A DNA stretch of 64,000 nucleotides, taken from Azolla caroliniana (taxonomy: Eukaryota > Plantae > Polypodiophyta). The stretch lies in contig JBHGNT010000012.1 in assembly GCA_043228905.1 (NCBI GenBank), positions 15,066,001 to 15,130,000 on the forward strand, read 5' to 3'. The translations under genes and the position numbers were made by a program. Shown piece by piece: positions 1-11,886 of the stretch; the stretch's first letter is position 1; each line of letters opens with the position of its first letter. Below the pieces are notes generated by a model. The model did not search any database and was not told where the DNA came from. It saw nothing but the letters and a program-made list of their open reading frames with translations.

Positions 1-109
1 AAGCCAAGTAGTGGGCTATTTAGAGCACATTAAAACGCCGCCACGTGGCACTTCATTGCCATTATAGTACACAACGTTCGCATGTGCAAGAATCGAGAAA
101 GGCGCGAAC

Positions 110-889
110 ATGCAGAAAGAAAACCTACACTGCATGGAGGCCTTCTTATTTCGCGAACAGAGAATTGCAAATGCACACAGTCGATTGAAGATAATTAGAC
201 ACGAGCACCTAGAGCCCCCTAACGCACCTACCTCACCAACAACCACCGACTCAGAAGGAGAAATGGACTGCATGACGCTCTCGGAGGCAGCTAAGAAGTG
301 GTTAAAGCAACACGGATTGGAAGGATTCTTAAGGATCATGGAGGCACCACCACACAAAGAGGCGGAAAGGGTTGTCAAAGCCATCGACATAGAAGTAATC
401 ACAGAGGAGGCCATCCCTGCCCTGACGGGCCTTCCCGAGGGCGGCATCTTCACCGTCGACAACCCTACCCCGGAGCAGCTCACGAAATACTTCGGTGAGT
501 ATTCTCTGGCCAGCAAGGCATATTGCACATAGGGCGGCGAGGATGGCTTATTTAAAGAGATTGCTCGTGTACTGCACAAGTATGGTCATGTGTACCCTCG
601 ACCCCTGGCAATGCCTAGGAACAGAGCCGGGTTAATTATCGCCATATATGAAGGTATACAGGTGGACTGGTCGGTGCTGATCGCTGACGGACTGCGCGTG
701 GCCATTGACTCGGTAAGAGGGAAGGATGGAAGAAAAATATGGTCGGCGATGGCGCAATGGCTCACATTGTTAGCACCACCAATGGAGCGCAACACGGCAA
801 AGAACGGCCGAAGGAACCTCCAAACCGGCTTCGAAACGACAGTTGGATGCAAAGTCGGAGAAATGCATCCTAGTCGGTTACTCACATGA
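110..889 (+). pseudogene. Disrupted ORF of unknown function, probably in the 3' internal region of an LTR retrotransposon
   Basis: ORFs 110-532 and 590-889 are in the same frame, separated by one stop, and are followed directly by a purine tract and a TG-initiated LTR-like segment. Confidence 0.35.
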
Positions 890-905
890 GCAAAAGGGGT
901 ATAAG

Positions 906-1727
906 TGTTATAACCCCCAAACGAAGTAGGTCCGAGTTAGCCAGGATGTTGAGTTTGATGAGATGGCATCATGGTATGTGATAGGGTGTATAAGATAATA
1001 GATAGTTATACACTATATGAGGGCTTGACCAAACCGATTAGAAGGAATTGAAAATCATAATATATTATATAGCTCTAGGTAATTATGATTAGAGAGTATA
1101 ACTCAAGAAACTAAGAAAAAAGATAGAGAAAGCGAGCAAGAAATAAGAATGTTCTGATATTCCAACATCAAGAGAATACAAAGGAGACAAACTCCACATT
1201 GAACTAAAACCAAAGACCTTCCTCTTCTAAGACACTTCCTCTTCCACAAAGACACTTCTTCCTAACACTCCTCATCCACTCTTTGGCCTTCACTCTTAGC
1301 CCCCCTCCTCACTAATATCACTTCTTCTTTTATAACCTTCCTCTTCTTATCCACGTTCATGCTATTTTTAGAAGCTTTTTATCTCCCTATTTTTAGCTAT
1401 GACACATCTACCTTCTAATCGTCATATCTCCCTCATCCGATATCCAAATTAAGCGATTTAAAAAGCTATAGAAAGCTCTTTTTACAAGCTTTCTAATCCA
1501 TATTTAAACGTGATATTTGGATAAACAACGAGGGAGTTATGACCATTCTATTTTTACTGTTTTTTATAGTCTGCGTTTTCTCTTTTTACTTTTCTCTTGG
1601 TCTCGTACTTTTACTTTTGACTTCTTCCCTAAGGTCTTAGTTCGTGTCCTTATCCTCCAAATGTGAATTATCCATACTTTATATCCATCTAGTGTTCAAT
1701 GGTTTGAATTCAAAAAACACTTTCACA
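906..1727 (+). mobile_element. Putative 3' LTR of an LTR retrotransposon nested inside Copia element A
   Basis: Purine-rich tract GAGCAAAAGGGGTATAAG then TGTTATAAC...TTTCACA; Copia pol sequence begins abruptly at 1728 (the homologous element B continues upstream of that point). Confidence 0.5.
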
Positions 1728-1992
1728 GTATGCCTTACCGGCTCCGACTTCTGACCCCGACCCGATACCAGAGGATGAGGCTAGTGAGCCTGAATCGGTC
1801 CAGTCAGAAGACGAGGGGTTCGAGACTCTAGATGTGAGTCCGAAATCATTTCGGTTGAACGGACCTAATGAGTGGCTGAGACAGGATGACCAGTCTAATG
1901 AAGAACCGGCGAGTAGTGGAGACTTTGTTGTGCTCTCCCTGTAAAAGGAACCGAGGCCACGGTTCACACACAAAGAGAAGCGGAAGAAGAAG

Positions 1993-3761
1993 ATGCCGGA
2001 ATACGAAACCGACAATTTTGAATCAGATCGGAGCGAATCCGACTCCGGAAAGGATGAAGGCGGATCTTCGGGAATGAAGCCCGAATCGGCCAAGAAGTCT
2101 GAACGAAGCCTCAAACCAGGTAACGATAAGTTACGCCGGTCTTCCTGCAAGAAGAACCTCGTGAAGCGGTACGGGTACAATGAGTACATGGCGCATCATT
2201 ATGCGTACATGACCAAAGTGGCGGAAGTGCGTGAGACAGAGAGCTACACAAAAGCAGCAAAGGACGCAAATTGGCATGCCATTATGAAGGAAATATGGGC
2301 ACTTGATGCCAACGACACATGGGACCTAGTTGACCCTCCCCGACACTATAAACCGATCGGATGCAAGTGGCTGTACAAGGTAAAGTACAATGCCGACCGT
2401 TCGGTTAACCGGTACAAGGCCCGGTTAGTGGCGAAGGAATATGCGCAGACCCACGAAATCGACTACGATGAGACCTTCACTCCGGTAACGAAGATGACGA
2501 CGGTTCGTGTGGTGCTGGCGGTTGCTGCGGCAAGGGGGTGACAACTTCAATAGATGGACGTGAAGAATGCATTTCTTCAAGGTGATCTTGAAGAAGAGGT
2601 CTTTATGACCCAACCCCCCGGTTTCCAGTCAGAGATGAACAAGTCAACGGTATGCCGGCTGAAGAAGTCACTTTATGGCCTGAAGCAAGCCCCCCGAGCT
2701 TGGAATGCGAAGATCACACACCGGTTGCGTAAGCTGGGGTTTGCAGCCTCCAAGTCCGACTCTTCGTTGTTCATCCGGCAAGGTCCGGATGGTCCGGTTT
2801 GCATCTTGATGTATGTTGATGATCTAGTCATCACCGGACCCAGGGTCCATGAAATCAACCGAGTCAAGTCCCAACTAGCGGATGCATTTGAGATGAAGGA
2901 CGTGGGGGACCTTCACTATTTCCTTGGGATTGAGGTGATCCGAACCCCCGACGGCATATTGCTATCACAAAGACACTATGTGTTGAATATGTTGTACAAG
3001 TTCGGCATGACGGAATGCCGACCGATCTCCACACCCCTGGACCGGAACCAGAAGCTCCGTCCCGACTCAGGACCGGCCTACAATTAGAAGCGGTTCCGAC
3101 AAATCGTCGGAAGCCTTATATATTTGAGAATCACCCAACCCGACATCAGTTATCCGGTCGGCGTGATCAACCAATATATGCAGAAGCCGACCATGGAGCA
3201 CCTTCTGTGCGTGCATCGAATTTTGCAATATGTGAGCGGCACGAAGGACCGGGGAATGTTATATTGGCATGGTATAACCGAAGAGCTAGTCGGTTACACT
3301 GATGCTGACTGGGCCGGTGATGCATCGGATCGCCGATCCACCTCCGGCTATATGTTTTCCCTTGATAGCACGACTGTTGCGTGGAGCAGCAAAAAGTAGC
3401 CAATAGTGGCCCACTTTTTAGCACTGAGGTGGAATTCTGGGGCGCTACAATTGCCACCTGTGAAGCCATTTGGCTTCGGCGACTGCTACAAGACCTGCGG
3501 ATCAAGGTGCCGACCCCGATCTTGATCTACTGCGACAACATAAGCAGCATGCAACTCGCCAAGAACCCTGTATTCCATGCTTGCACAAAGCACATAGAAG
3601 TGCACTACCACTTCGTTCGTGAGAGTGTCCTGAGTGGTGAAGTTGAACTTCGGTATGTTCATACGGATCAGCAAGTTACCAACATCTTCACCAAACCGCT
3701 TGGATCGGACAAGTTGCAGCACTTCACTGAAATGCAGCACTTCTCAGCGTGCCACACTTGA
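1993..3761 (+). pseudogene. Copia pol (RT-RNase H) with stops and frameshifts
   Basis: Four ORF fragments (1993-2541, 2554-3087, 3124-3399, 3381-3761) carry consecutive RT and RNase H motifs. Confidence 0.9.
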
Positions 3762-4393
3762 GGGGGAGACCATGCAAAGACACCGGAACGGTCAAAGGCA
3801 AAGAAACTTCCGATTGCGCCGATGAGGGAAGAACCGACAAAGGGAGAGACAAAAAGAAGAAAGGAGCCGAGTCGACCAAGGAAGTTCACACATCCGAACA
3901 AGTCGGAACAAGCGACAACGGCGGCAAAGTCAAGAAGGACAAAGCCGACCGGAAGAAGAAGGCCAAGACCCAGACATGGTCTGATATGGTGAAGGACCTG
4001 GAACCGGAAGACGAATCGGGTGCGACCAATTCGGACAAGAGCTGGAACGAATCGAAGATAGACGATTCGGTTCAACAGACAGATTCGGAAGAACCGGATC
4101 AATTCAAGGCCAAGAGGACAAGAAGGTAGCGAAACTCAACACCAACACGAAGGAATTGGCGAATAAGCAAGCGCCAAAGTCACAACAGCGAGCGAGCTAA
4201 ATTGGGCCTCTTGAGGAGACAAGCCGACCAAGGAGGTCGAGGTGCATAAAATCAGAAGAGTCGCGGAAAACAGGACCGAACCGGACGAGGAGCACGAGCG
4301 AGGCAGTGTGACGCCAGAAGGAGCCAGGGGGAAGGATCGGTTAACATGGAGACTAACACTACGATCCGACCTCAAGTTGAGCTTGAGGGGGAG

Positions 4394-4826
4394 TGTTGAG
4401 CGGCTAGCTCAACCGGATCTAGATCGGCTGAATAAGCCGAATCGGGTACAGGAAGGATGAGCGAGATCGGTAAGCCGGTGGGCAAGTGAGTCGGTGAGCT
4501 GGGGAGCAGGTTAACCGGATTCAGCAGTAACCCGAAGCCTAGTAGCAACCTAGACTACTAGGTAGTTAATGTCTCCTAGTTAGTGTCAAACACTTGTGTG
4601 AGCATGGAAGTACACCGTACTTCTGTCAGTCCTCTTAGGACTTGTATAAATAGTGTTGTTGTGCATGTTGTATGTATATAGTTTTTTACAGAGTTGTTAA
4701 TAACAGATTTAAGTTGTTTTGCTCTTTCTCTGTCTCTCCCACGTACTGTGTATATCCAAGCTATCCATTAAACCTGCGTTTTTGAGTTTGGTCTTCTATT
4801 GCTTCCGCACGCTATTCTTTTTAATA
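4394..4826 (+). repeat. 3' LTR of Copia element A
   Basis: Starts TGTTGAG right after the PPT; TATA-like TGTATAAATAG; homologous to the LTR at 6062-6435; array sequence resumes at 4827. Confidence 0.8.
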
Positions 4827-5333
4827 GTACACCATATACAATGATACAATTTCCATACCAATTTTGTGAGAGTGCATTTAATATTACTTATTCAATTATA
4901 CTATTTGAGATCTATTTTCTTCTTGTTTTCATAGTTCCTTTTTACAAGAAATATTGTATACTTAGAAGCTTGACATGTTTGATGTTCGCTTTCCTCTAAG
5001 GCATTTAGAATTATCGTGTGATTCATGGATACGGTGAAAGTGGTAGTGCGTTCAATTCTTGGATTGCCTCCGCTTTTATACGACACGTAATTTAGTTGAT
5101 AAGTGCATGTGTTATCATTGCGCTCGCACCCTCATCACGGCATTTCTTCTACCTCTTTAGAATATACTACTTTTGTAAGGTAATTTGCTCTAGTCATATA
5201 ATTCTCGCTCAGTGTGAATGTGGTCCTCAGGTCTATTTCGGAATGCCCACTATTAATAATAGGGATAACCACACTTTTGTGGTTATCCCTATTAATAATA
5301 GGGATAATAAACACATTTGTTTGTATCCTTCGA

Positions 5334-5405
5334 GGGCATTTGGTCTAGTGGTATGATTCTCGCTTAGGGTGCGAGAGGTCTCGAGTTCAATTCTCGAAAT
5401 GCCCC
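5334..5405 (+). tRNA. tRNA-Pro(AGG)
   Basis: 72-nt cloverleaf GGGCATT...AATGCCCC; anticodon arm CTCGC-TTAGGGT-GCGAG; matches the plant cytosolic tRNA-Pro type. Confidence 0.92.
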
Positions 5406-5577
5406 TCATACAGTTATAGTAACAATAATGTCGATAATTGAACATATTTACAATGTTCACAATTGTATTTCTTCATGTTGACGAACCAACATTGTGTCGC
5501 GGTGTAGTTTGTCACTTCACCTTACGAAGGATCTTGAATTTCTTAATTTGAGACATGTACTTGTTATCATGCAACAA

Positions 5578-5651
5578 GGCTTCGTGGTGTAGTTGGTGAT
5601 GACGTCAGTCTAACACACTGAAGGTCTCCGGTTCGAACCCGGACGAAGCCA
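5578..5651 (+). tRNA. tRNA-Val(AAC), one D-stem mismatch
   Basis: Acceptor GGCTTCG/CGAAGCC; anticodon arm TCAGT-CTAACAC-ACTGA; ATCAC>ATGAC in the D stem. Confidence 0.8.
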
Positions 5652-6061
5652 ACCTCTGTTTCTCAAAAAGAGCCGTCGTTTAGCAGTTTTGGAATATTAA
5701 AATCATCGATTCACTTCACAAACCTCATTCAAGAAGAGGATCCAGCCTTCACTACATATCTGACCTGTTTTTCGTGAATTAACCTAGTTGGCATTCACTC
5801 TAACATGCATTGTGTGACCTAGTTTATGCGATTTTGCCTATTTCGTGATCACATGACTCTAACATGCCGGTAGTCTCGAATTCGAGACCGATAAAACAAA
5901 CCCAGATTTACAACAGAGGACCTTAAATCCTAGTTAGTCTTTCAATTATCCAAAATAACGCTTCACATCTATATGTACAACATATACAATGATACTATTT
6001 CCATACCGATTTCAATTATACTATGTGAGATTTATTTTCTTCTTGTTTTGACATTTCGTTT

Positions 6062-6435
6062 TGTGAAAGGTTATGTGCGGAAGCGTAAGAGAACAACTTG
6101 GTTGCGTAGCAGTACTGAAGAGAGACAGAGAGAGGTGAACGTTTAAATCTATTACGAATCAATAATAGTTCTCTGTACATGAAACGTGCTCAAGAACACT
6201 ATTTATACAAGTCCTGAAAGCATTGACAGAAGTACCGCGTACTTCAATGATCACTCGAGCGTCTGGCACTGTCCTCGAGGCTATTAACTCCCTAGTAGTC
6301 TAGCTGCTACTAGGCTTCCGGTTACTGATGGATCCGGCTAACCGGCTCCCCGGCTCCCCGGCTCATCCTTCCGGATGTCAATCCGGCTCTGGCTTATTCA
6401 GCCGATACGGATCCGATTGAGCTTGCTGCTCAACA
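6062..6435 (-). repeat. 3' LTR of Copia element B
   Basis: TGTTGAG...TTTCACA on the minus strand, adjacent to the PPT. Confidence 0.85.
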
Positions 6436-6531
6436 CTCCCCCTCAAGCTCAACTTGAGGTCCGGTCGTAGTGTCAATGTCTGTGGCAACCGGTCCTTCTA
6501 CCCGGCTCCTTCGGGCGTCACTCCGCCTTGC

Positions 6532-9500
6532 TCACGCTCCTAGTCCGGTCCGGTCCCGTTTGCCATGACCCTTCGGTTCCTGCGCACCTCGACCTCCTTG
6601 GTCGGCTTGTCTGCTCAACAGGCCCAATTCAACTCCCTCGCTGTTGTGACTTTGGCTCTTGCCGATTCGCCGATCCCTTCGTGTTGGCATTGACTTTCGC
6701 TGCCTTCTTGTGCTCTTGGCCTTGAATTGATCCGGTTGTTCAGAATCCTTCTGTAGAACCGAATCGGCTGTCTCTGATTCGTTCCAGCTCTTGTCTGAAC
6801 CGGTTGCTCCCGATTCGTCTTTCGGTTCCAGGTCCTTCACCACATCGGACCATGTCCGGGTCTTGGCCTTCTTCTTCCGGTCGGCTCTGTCCTTCTTGAC
6901 TCTGCCTCCGCTGCCGCTTGTTCTGACTGGTTCGGATGTGTCAACTTCCTTTGTTGACTCAGCTCCTTTCTTCTTCTTGTCTCTCCTCTTGTCGGTTCTT
7001 CCCTCACTGACGCAATCGACAGTCTCTTTGCCTTTGCCCGTTCCGGTGGTGTCTTTGCCCATTCTCCCCCTCAAGTGTGGCACGTCGAGATGCTGAACAC
7101 CAACCATTTTGGTGAAGTGCTGCAACTTGTCTGATCCGAGTGGTTTGGTGAAGATGTCGGCGACTTACCGATCCGTATGAACATACGGAAGTTCGACTTC
7201 ACCGCTCAGGACACGCTCATGCACAAAGTGATAGTGCACTTCGATGTGCTTTGTGCGAGCATGGAATACGGGGTTCTTGGCGAGCTCCATGCTACTTATG
7301 TTATCATAGTAGATCAGGATCGAGGTCAGCACCTCAATCTGTAGGTCTTGTAGTAGTCGTCGAAGCCAAATGGCTTCATAGGTGGCAACGGTAGCGCCTC
7401 AGTACTCAACCGCAGTGCTCGAAAGGGCCACTGTTGGCTGCTTTTTGCTGCTCCATTGAACAACCGCGCTCCCATGGGAAAACATATAGCCGGAGGTCGT
7501 TCCTTCGTGCTGCTCACATATCGCAAAATTCGATGTGCGCACTGAAGATGTTGTACTATCGGCTTCTGCTTGAATTGGCTAATCACACCGACCGGATAGC
7601 TGATGTCGGGTCGGGTGATGCTCAAATATAGAAGGCTTCCAACAATTTGTCGAAACCTTTTCTCATCGCAGGCCGGTCCAGAGTTGGGACAGAACTTCTG
7701 GTTTCGGTCCAGGGGTGTAGAAATAGGTCGGCATTCCGTCATGCCGAACTTGTACAACATACTCAACACATAGTGTCTCTGTGAGAGCAATATGCCGTTG
7801 CGGGTGCGGATCAGCTCGATCCCAAGTAAGTAGTGAAGGTCCCCTAGGTCCTTCATCTCAAATGCGTCCGACAGCTGGGACTTAACTCGGTTGATTTCAT
7901 AGAGTCTGGGTCCGGTGATGACTAGATCATCAACATACAACAAGATGCATACTGGACCGTCCGGACCTTGCCGGATGAACAACGAAGAGTCAGACTCAGA
8001 GGCCGAAAACCCCATTTTACGCAACCGGTGCGTGATCTTCGCATTCCAAGCTCGGGGGGCTTGCTTTAGGCCATAAAGTGACTTCTTCAGCCGGCATACC
8101 GCCGACTTGTTCATCCCCGATTGGAAGCCAGGGGGTTGGGTCACAAAGACCTCTTCTTCAAGATCACCTTGAAGAAATGCATTCTTCATGTCCATTTGGT
8201 GAAGATGCAACCCCCTTGCCGCAGCAACCGCTAGCACCACACGAACCGTCGTCATCTTCGCTACCGGAGCGAAGGTCTCGTCGTAGTCGATTCCGTAGGT
8301 CTGTGCGTATCCCTTTGCCACTAACCGGGCCTTGTACCGGTTAACTGAACCGTCGATGTTGTACTTTACCTTGTACACCCACTTTCATCCGATCGGTTTA
8401 TAGTGACGGGGAGGGTCAAGCAGGTCCCATGTGTCGTTGGCATCAAGTGCCCGCATCTCTTCCTCCATAGTGGCATGCCAATTTGCGTCCCTTGCCACTT
8501 CTCCGTAGCTCTCCGGCTCACGCACTTATGCCACATTGGTCTTGTACGCATAGTGATGCGCCATGTACTCACCGTTAACAGGTTCCTTCTGGCGGGTTGA
8601 CCAGCGTAACCCACCGTTACCCGGATTGAGGCCCTTCTTGGCCAGTTCGGTCTTCGGTACCGAAGGACCGTCATCTTCTTTTCCAGAGTCGGATCTGCTC
8701 CGATCCAACTCATCATTACCGGTTTCATAACCCAGCATCTTCTTCTTCCCCTTTTCTTTGCGTGTGAACCGTCTCCTCGGTTCCTTGCGCGGGAAGAGCA
8801 CGTCAGAGTCTCCACTACTCGTCGATTCCTCATCCGACTGGTCATCTCGACTCAGCCGCTCATTCGGTCCACTTAACCGAAATGAGATCGGACTCTTTTC
8901 TAGAGTACCTATGTCCTCATCTTCTAACTGAACCGATTCAGGCTCACTAGCCTCATCCTTCGGTATCGGGTCGGGGTCAGAAGTCCGAGCCGGTAAGGCA
9001 TACCATGATGCCGTCCCATCAAACTCAACATCCCGGCTAACTCGGACCTGCTTCGTCCAGGGGTTGTAACATTTATACCCCTTTTGCTTATGCGAGTAAC
9101 CGACTAGGATGCATTTCTCTGACTTTGCATCCAACTTCCTCTGCTTCTCATCCGGTACATGCACATATGCAATGCTACCGAATATCCGAAGGTGTCGCAA
9201 ATTCGGCTTGCGCCGGAAATATAGCTCATGCGCGGACACCTTGTCACCAATCCGGTTTTGGATGTAGACGGCCGTCCAGACCACCTCCGCTCAATAGAAA
9301 TGGGGCATGCTCTTCTCCTCCAGCATCGCCCTTACCGCGTCGACAATCGACCGGTTTTTCCTCTCGGCCACACCGTTTTGCTCCGGTGTGTATCTGCAGC
9401 TGAACTCTCACCGAATTCCTGTTTGCTGCAAATAACTGTTGAATTGGCCGGAAAAATATTCTTTTCCGCCATCCGACCGCAGGCACTTGATCTTCCTCTC

Positions 9501-11170
9501 CGTTTCCCGTTCAACCAAACTTTGCAGGTTCCAGAAACACTCGAAGACTTCTCTCTTCCGCTCAATGAGGTAGATCCATGTGTGCCGGCTGTAGTCGTCG
9601 ATGAAGGAGATGAAATATCGACTCTCGCCAAGACTCACATTCTGTGCCAGTCCCCATACATCCGAATGAATAAGGTCGAGCTTGTTACGGCTACAATTTC
9701 GTTCGGTGGGGAATGGAAGCCGGTGTTGCTTCCCGAGTTGGCAGGCTTCACATATTTGGGCCTTCCGGCCACTGAACTTTGGCAAACCGAAAACAACTTG
9801 TTTCGTTTGCAGATCTGGAAGCCTCCGGTAATTGACATGGCCGATCCGCTTGTGCCACAAGTCGATGTCCGATTCGACCTTCTGTCCTTTGGTGAACAAA
9901 GCGGTCCCGACGTCATTGGTGTTGAGGATGAACATCCTCCCGTCTCTGTGCCCTTGCGCAATGATTTCGCCCTCTTCCTCGATGAACCACCCGAGGTGCG
10001 TAAACTGCACCTGCATCCCCTGGTCGACAATCTGTCCAACCGACACTAGGTTCTTCGTGATAGTCGGAACGTGTAATACGTTCATCAGCTTCCCCCTCTG
10101 TTCGACGTGGCTCAAAGGGACTTCTCCGATATGCACGATTGGGTGAGGAGTGTCGTCTCCGGTTTCGACAACTCCCGGTTGTTCCGGTTTCTCCAGGAAG
10201 GAGAACCACTCTTTGTGGCTTGTCATGTGATTCGACGCACCGGAATCAACATACCATACTTCCTTCGATTTGGAAGTGGTCTTCTTCATCGAATTTGCCT
10301 CGTGCTTCATCACCAAGGCTCGCTCCTTACCGGTCTTTCCGGTTCCAGATCCTTTCGATCCTTGCGCGTAGTGCGAGCTTTGCCGGTTCTCCCGACCGGT
10401 TTTGCCGGATCCAAATCTGTCCGAATTGGCACGCTTCTTCTAGCACTCTCTTTCTCTGTGGCCCTTTTTGCCACAGTACGAGCATTCCGTCGCGGATTTG
10501 TCAAGCCGGCCTCCGGCGCCGCCTTGACCACCCCTGGTTGTGGAAGTCCCAGAACTACTGTCGGCACCGTGTACAACATCCGACTGTCAGATTGAGTGGT
10601 CCTGGACCCACTCGCGTGGTTTTCTTCGACCATCAGCATCGATTGCAAGTCAAAGAAGGTCGGTAGTTTCTCCTCGGTGTATATTGCTGTCCGGATTGGC
10701 TCGTACCTTTACGTTAGAACACCAAGGCAGATTTTTACCATTTCGTCTTCATCCACCATCATGTTGATGGACCCGAGCGCATCGCAAATCTCCTTTATTT
10801 TGGTGGTGTACTCCGCAACGGACGTATCTCTTGCTCGGATGTTGTTCAGCTCTTGCTGAAGCTGCAACTTACAAGCTATGGTACTTGCGGCAAAAATCTT
10901 ACGCAGATTTTCCCAGGCCTTCTTTGGCGTCTTTGCATCCCTAACATAGCCGAGCATCTGGTCATGCACACAGGATGCGAGGCAGTATAATACTCGGCTC
11001 GCTCCTTGCTCCCATACCGGGAAGTCCTTATATCCAGGCTCTGGTGCTACCTCATTCGTCCCTTCCAAGAAACTCCAATACCCATGCCCCAGTAGGTACT
11101 GGTGCATTTTGTATGACCAGGACGCGTAGTTGCTCCGGTCGAGCTTCTGTGTAGGAAGTGAACTCGCCAT
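6532..11170 (-). pseudogene. Copia gag-pol polyprotein, disrupted
   Basis: Fragments 10709-11182, 9408-10316, 8526-9284, 7326-8378 and 6532-7125 in gag-PR-IN-RT-RH order. Confidence 0.9.
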
Positions 11171-11544
11171 ACCTCTATACATTTTTGTCGTCTACTGCTC
11201 TATTCTCACAACCTGTAGGGTTTTTCTTACGAAAGCAGATGTCGTCTGCAGAGGTCTTCAACCCTCGCGCTCGCACCCTTATCAGGGCATTTCTTCTACC
11301 TCTTTAGAATATACTACGTTCGTAAGGTAATTTGCTCTAGTCGTATTATTCCGGCTCAGTGTGCATGTGGTCCTCAGGCCTATTTGGGAGCGCAATAGGG
11401 ATAACCACACTTACGATAGTAGAGTTGATAATAAACAGATTTGTTTGTTTTTCCAAAAACATGTAGGGGTAATAATTGATATTCACATCTAATTCAATTC
11501 TTCACCAAAACCTTTATGGATGACATTTTCTTTGTATCCTTTGA

Positions 11545-11616
11545 GGGCATTTGGTCTAGTGCTATGAGTCTCGCTTACGGTGCGAGAGGTCTAGAGTTCA
11601 ATTCTCGAAATGCCCC
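11545..11616 (+). pseudogene. tRNA-Pro-derived pseudogene with ACG anticodon
   Basis: Pro body, loop TTACGGT, D-loop GG>GC, T-stem mismatch. Confidence 0.8.
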
Positions 11617-11813
11617 TCGTACAATTATAATAACAATAATGTCGATAATTGAACATATTTAGAATGTTCACAATTGTATTTCTACATGTTGATCCACCAA
11701 CATGGTGTCGTGGTGTAGTTTGTGATCACGTTACGAAGGATCTTGAATTTTCTTACTATACGTTGTTCTACTTTCTTAATTTGAGACGTGTACTCCTTGT
11801 TGTTATGCAATAA

Positions 11814-11886
11814 GGTTTGGTGGTATAGTTGGTGATCATGTCAATTTAATACTCTGAAGGTCTACGGTTTACCCCGGATGAAGCCA
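11814..11886 (+). pseudogene. tRNA-Val pseudogene
   Basis: Val-like sequence with many substitutions in the anticodon and T arms. Confidence 0.8.

Larger units (their letters stand above)
1728..4826 (+). mobile_element. Ty1/Copia LTR retrotransposon A (3' part: IN-RT linker, RT, RNase H, extra tail, PPT, 3' LTR)
   Basis: Copia RT motifs KARLVAK, MDVKNAFL, LYGLKQAPRAW, YVDDL; RNase H motifs GYTDADWAG, CDN, KHIEVHYHFVRE; PPT TTGAGGGGGAG 4383-4393. Confidence 0.95.
6062..11265 (-). mobile_element. Ty1/Copia LTR retrotransposon B (same family as A), lacking 5' LTR and PBS
   Basis: gag (10709-11182), protease WYVDSGAS, GAG-pre-integrase/integrase (LWHKRIGH, CEAC, HSDVWG, LRSDGGKEY), RT 7326-8378, RNase H, PPT 6436-6446, LTR 6062-6435. 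Confidence 0.95.

Noticed and set aside
9228-10666. Long plus-strand ORFs opposite Copia B (and similar ones opposite the Gypsy pol)
   Set aside because: Antisense shadows of GC-rich retrotransposon coding sequence with no recognisable motifs
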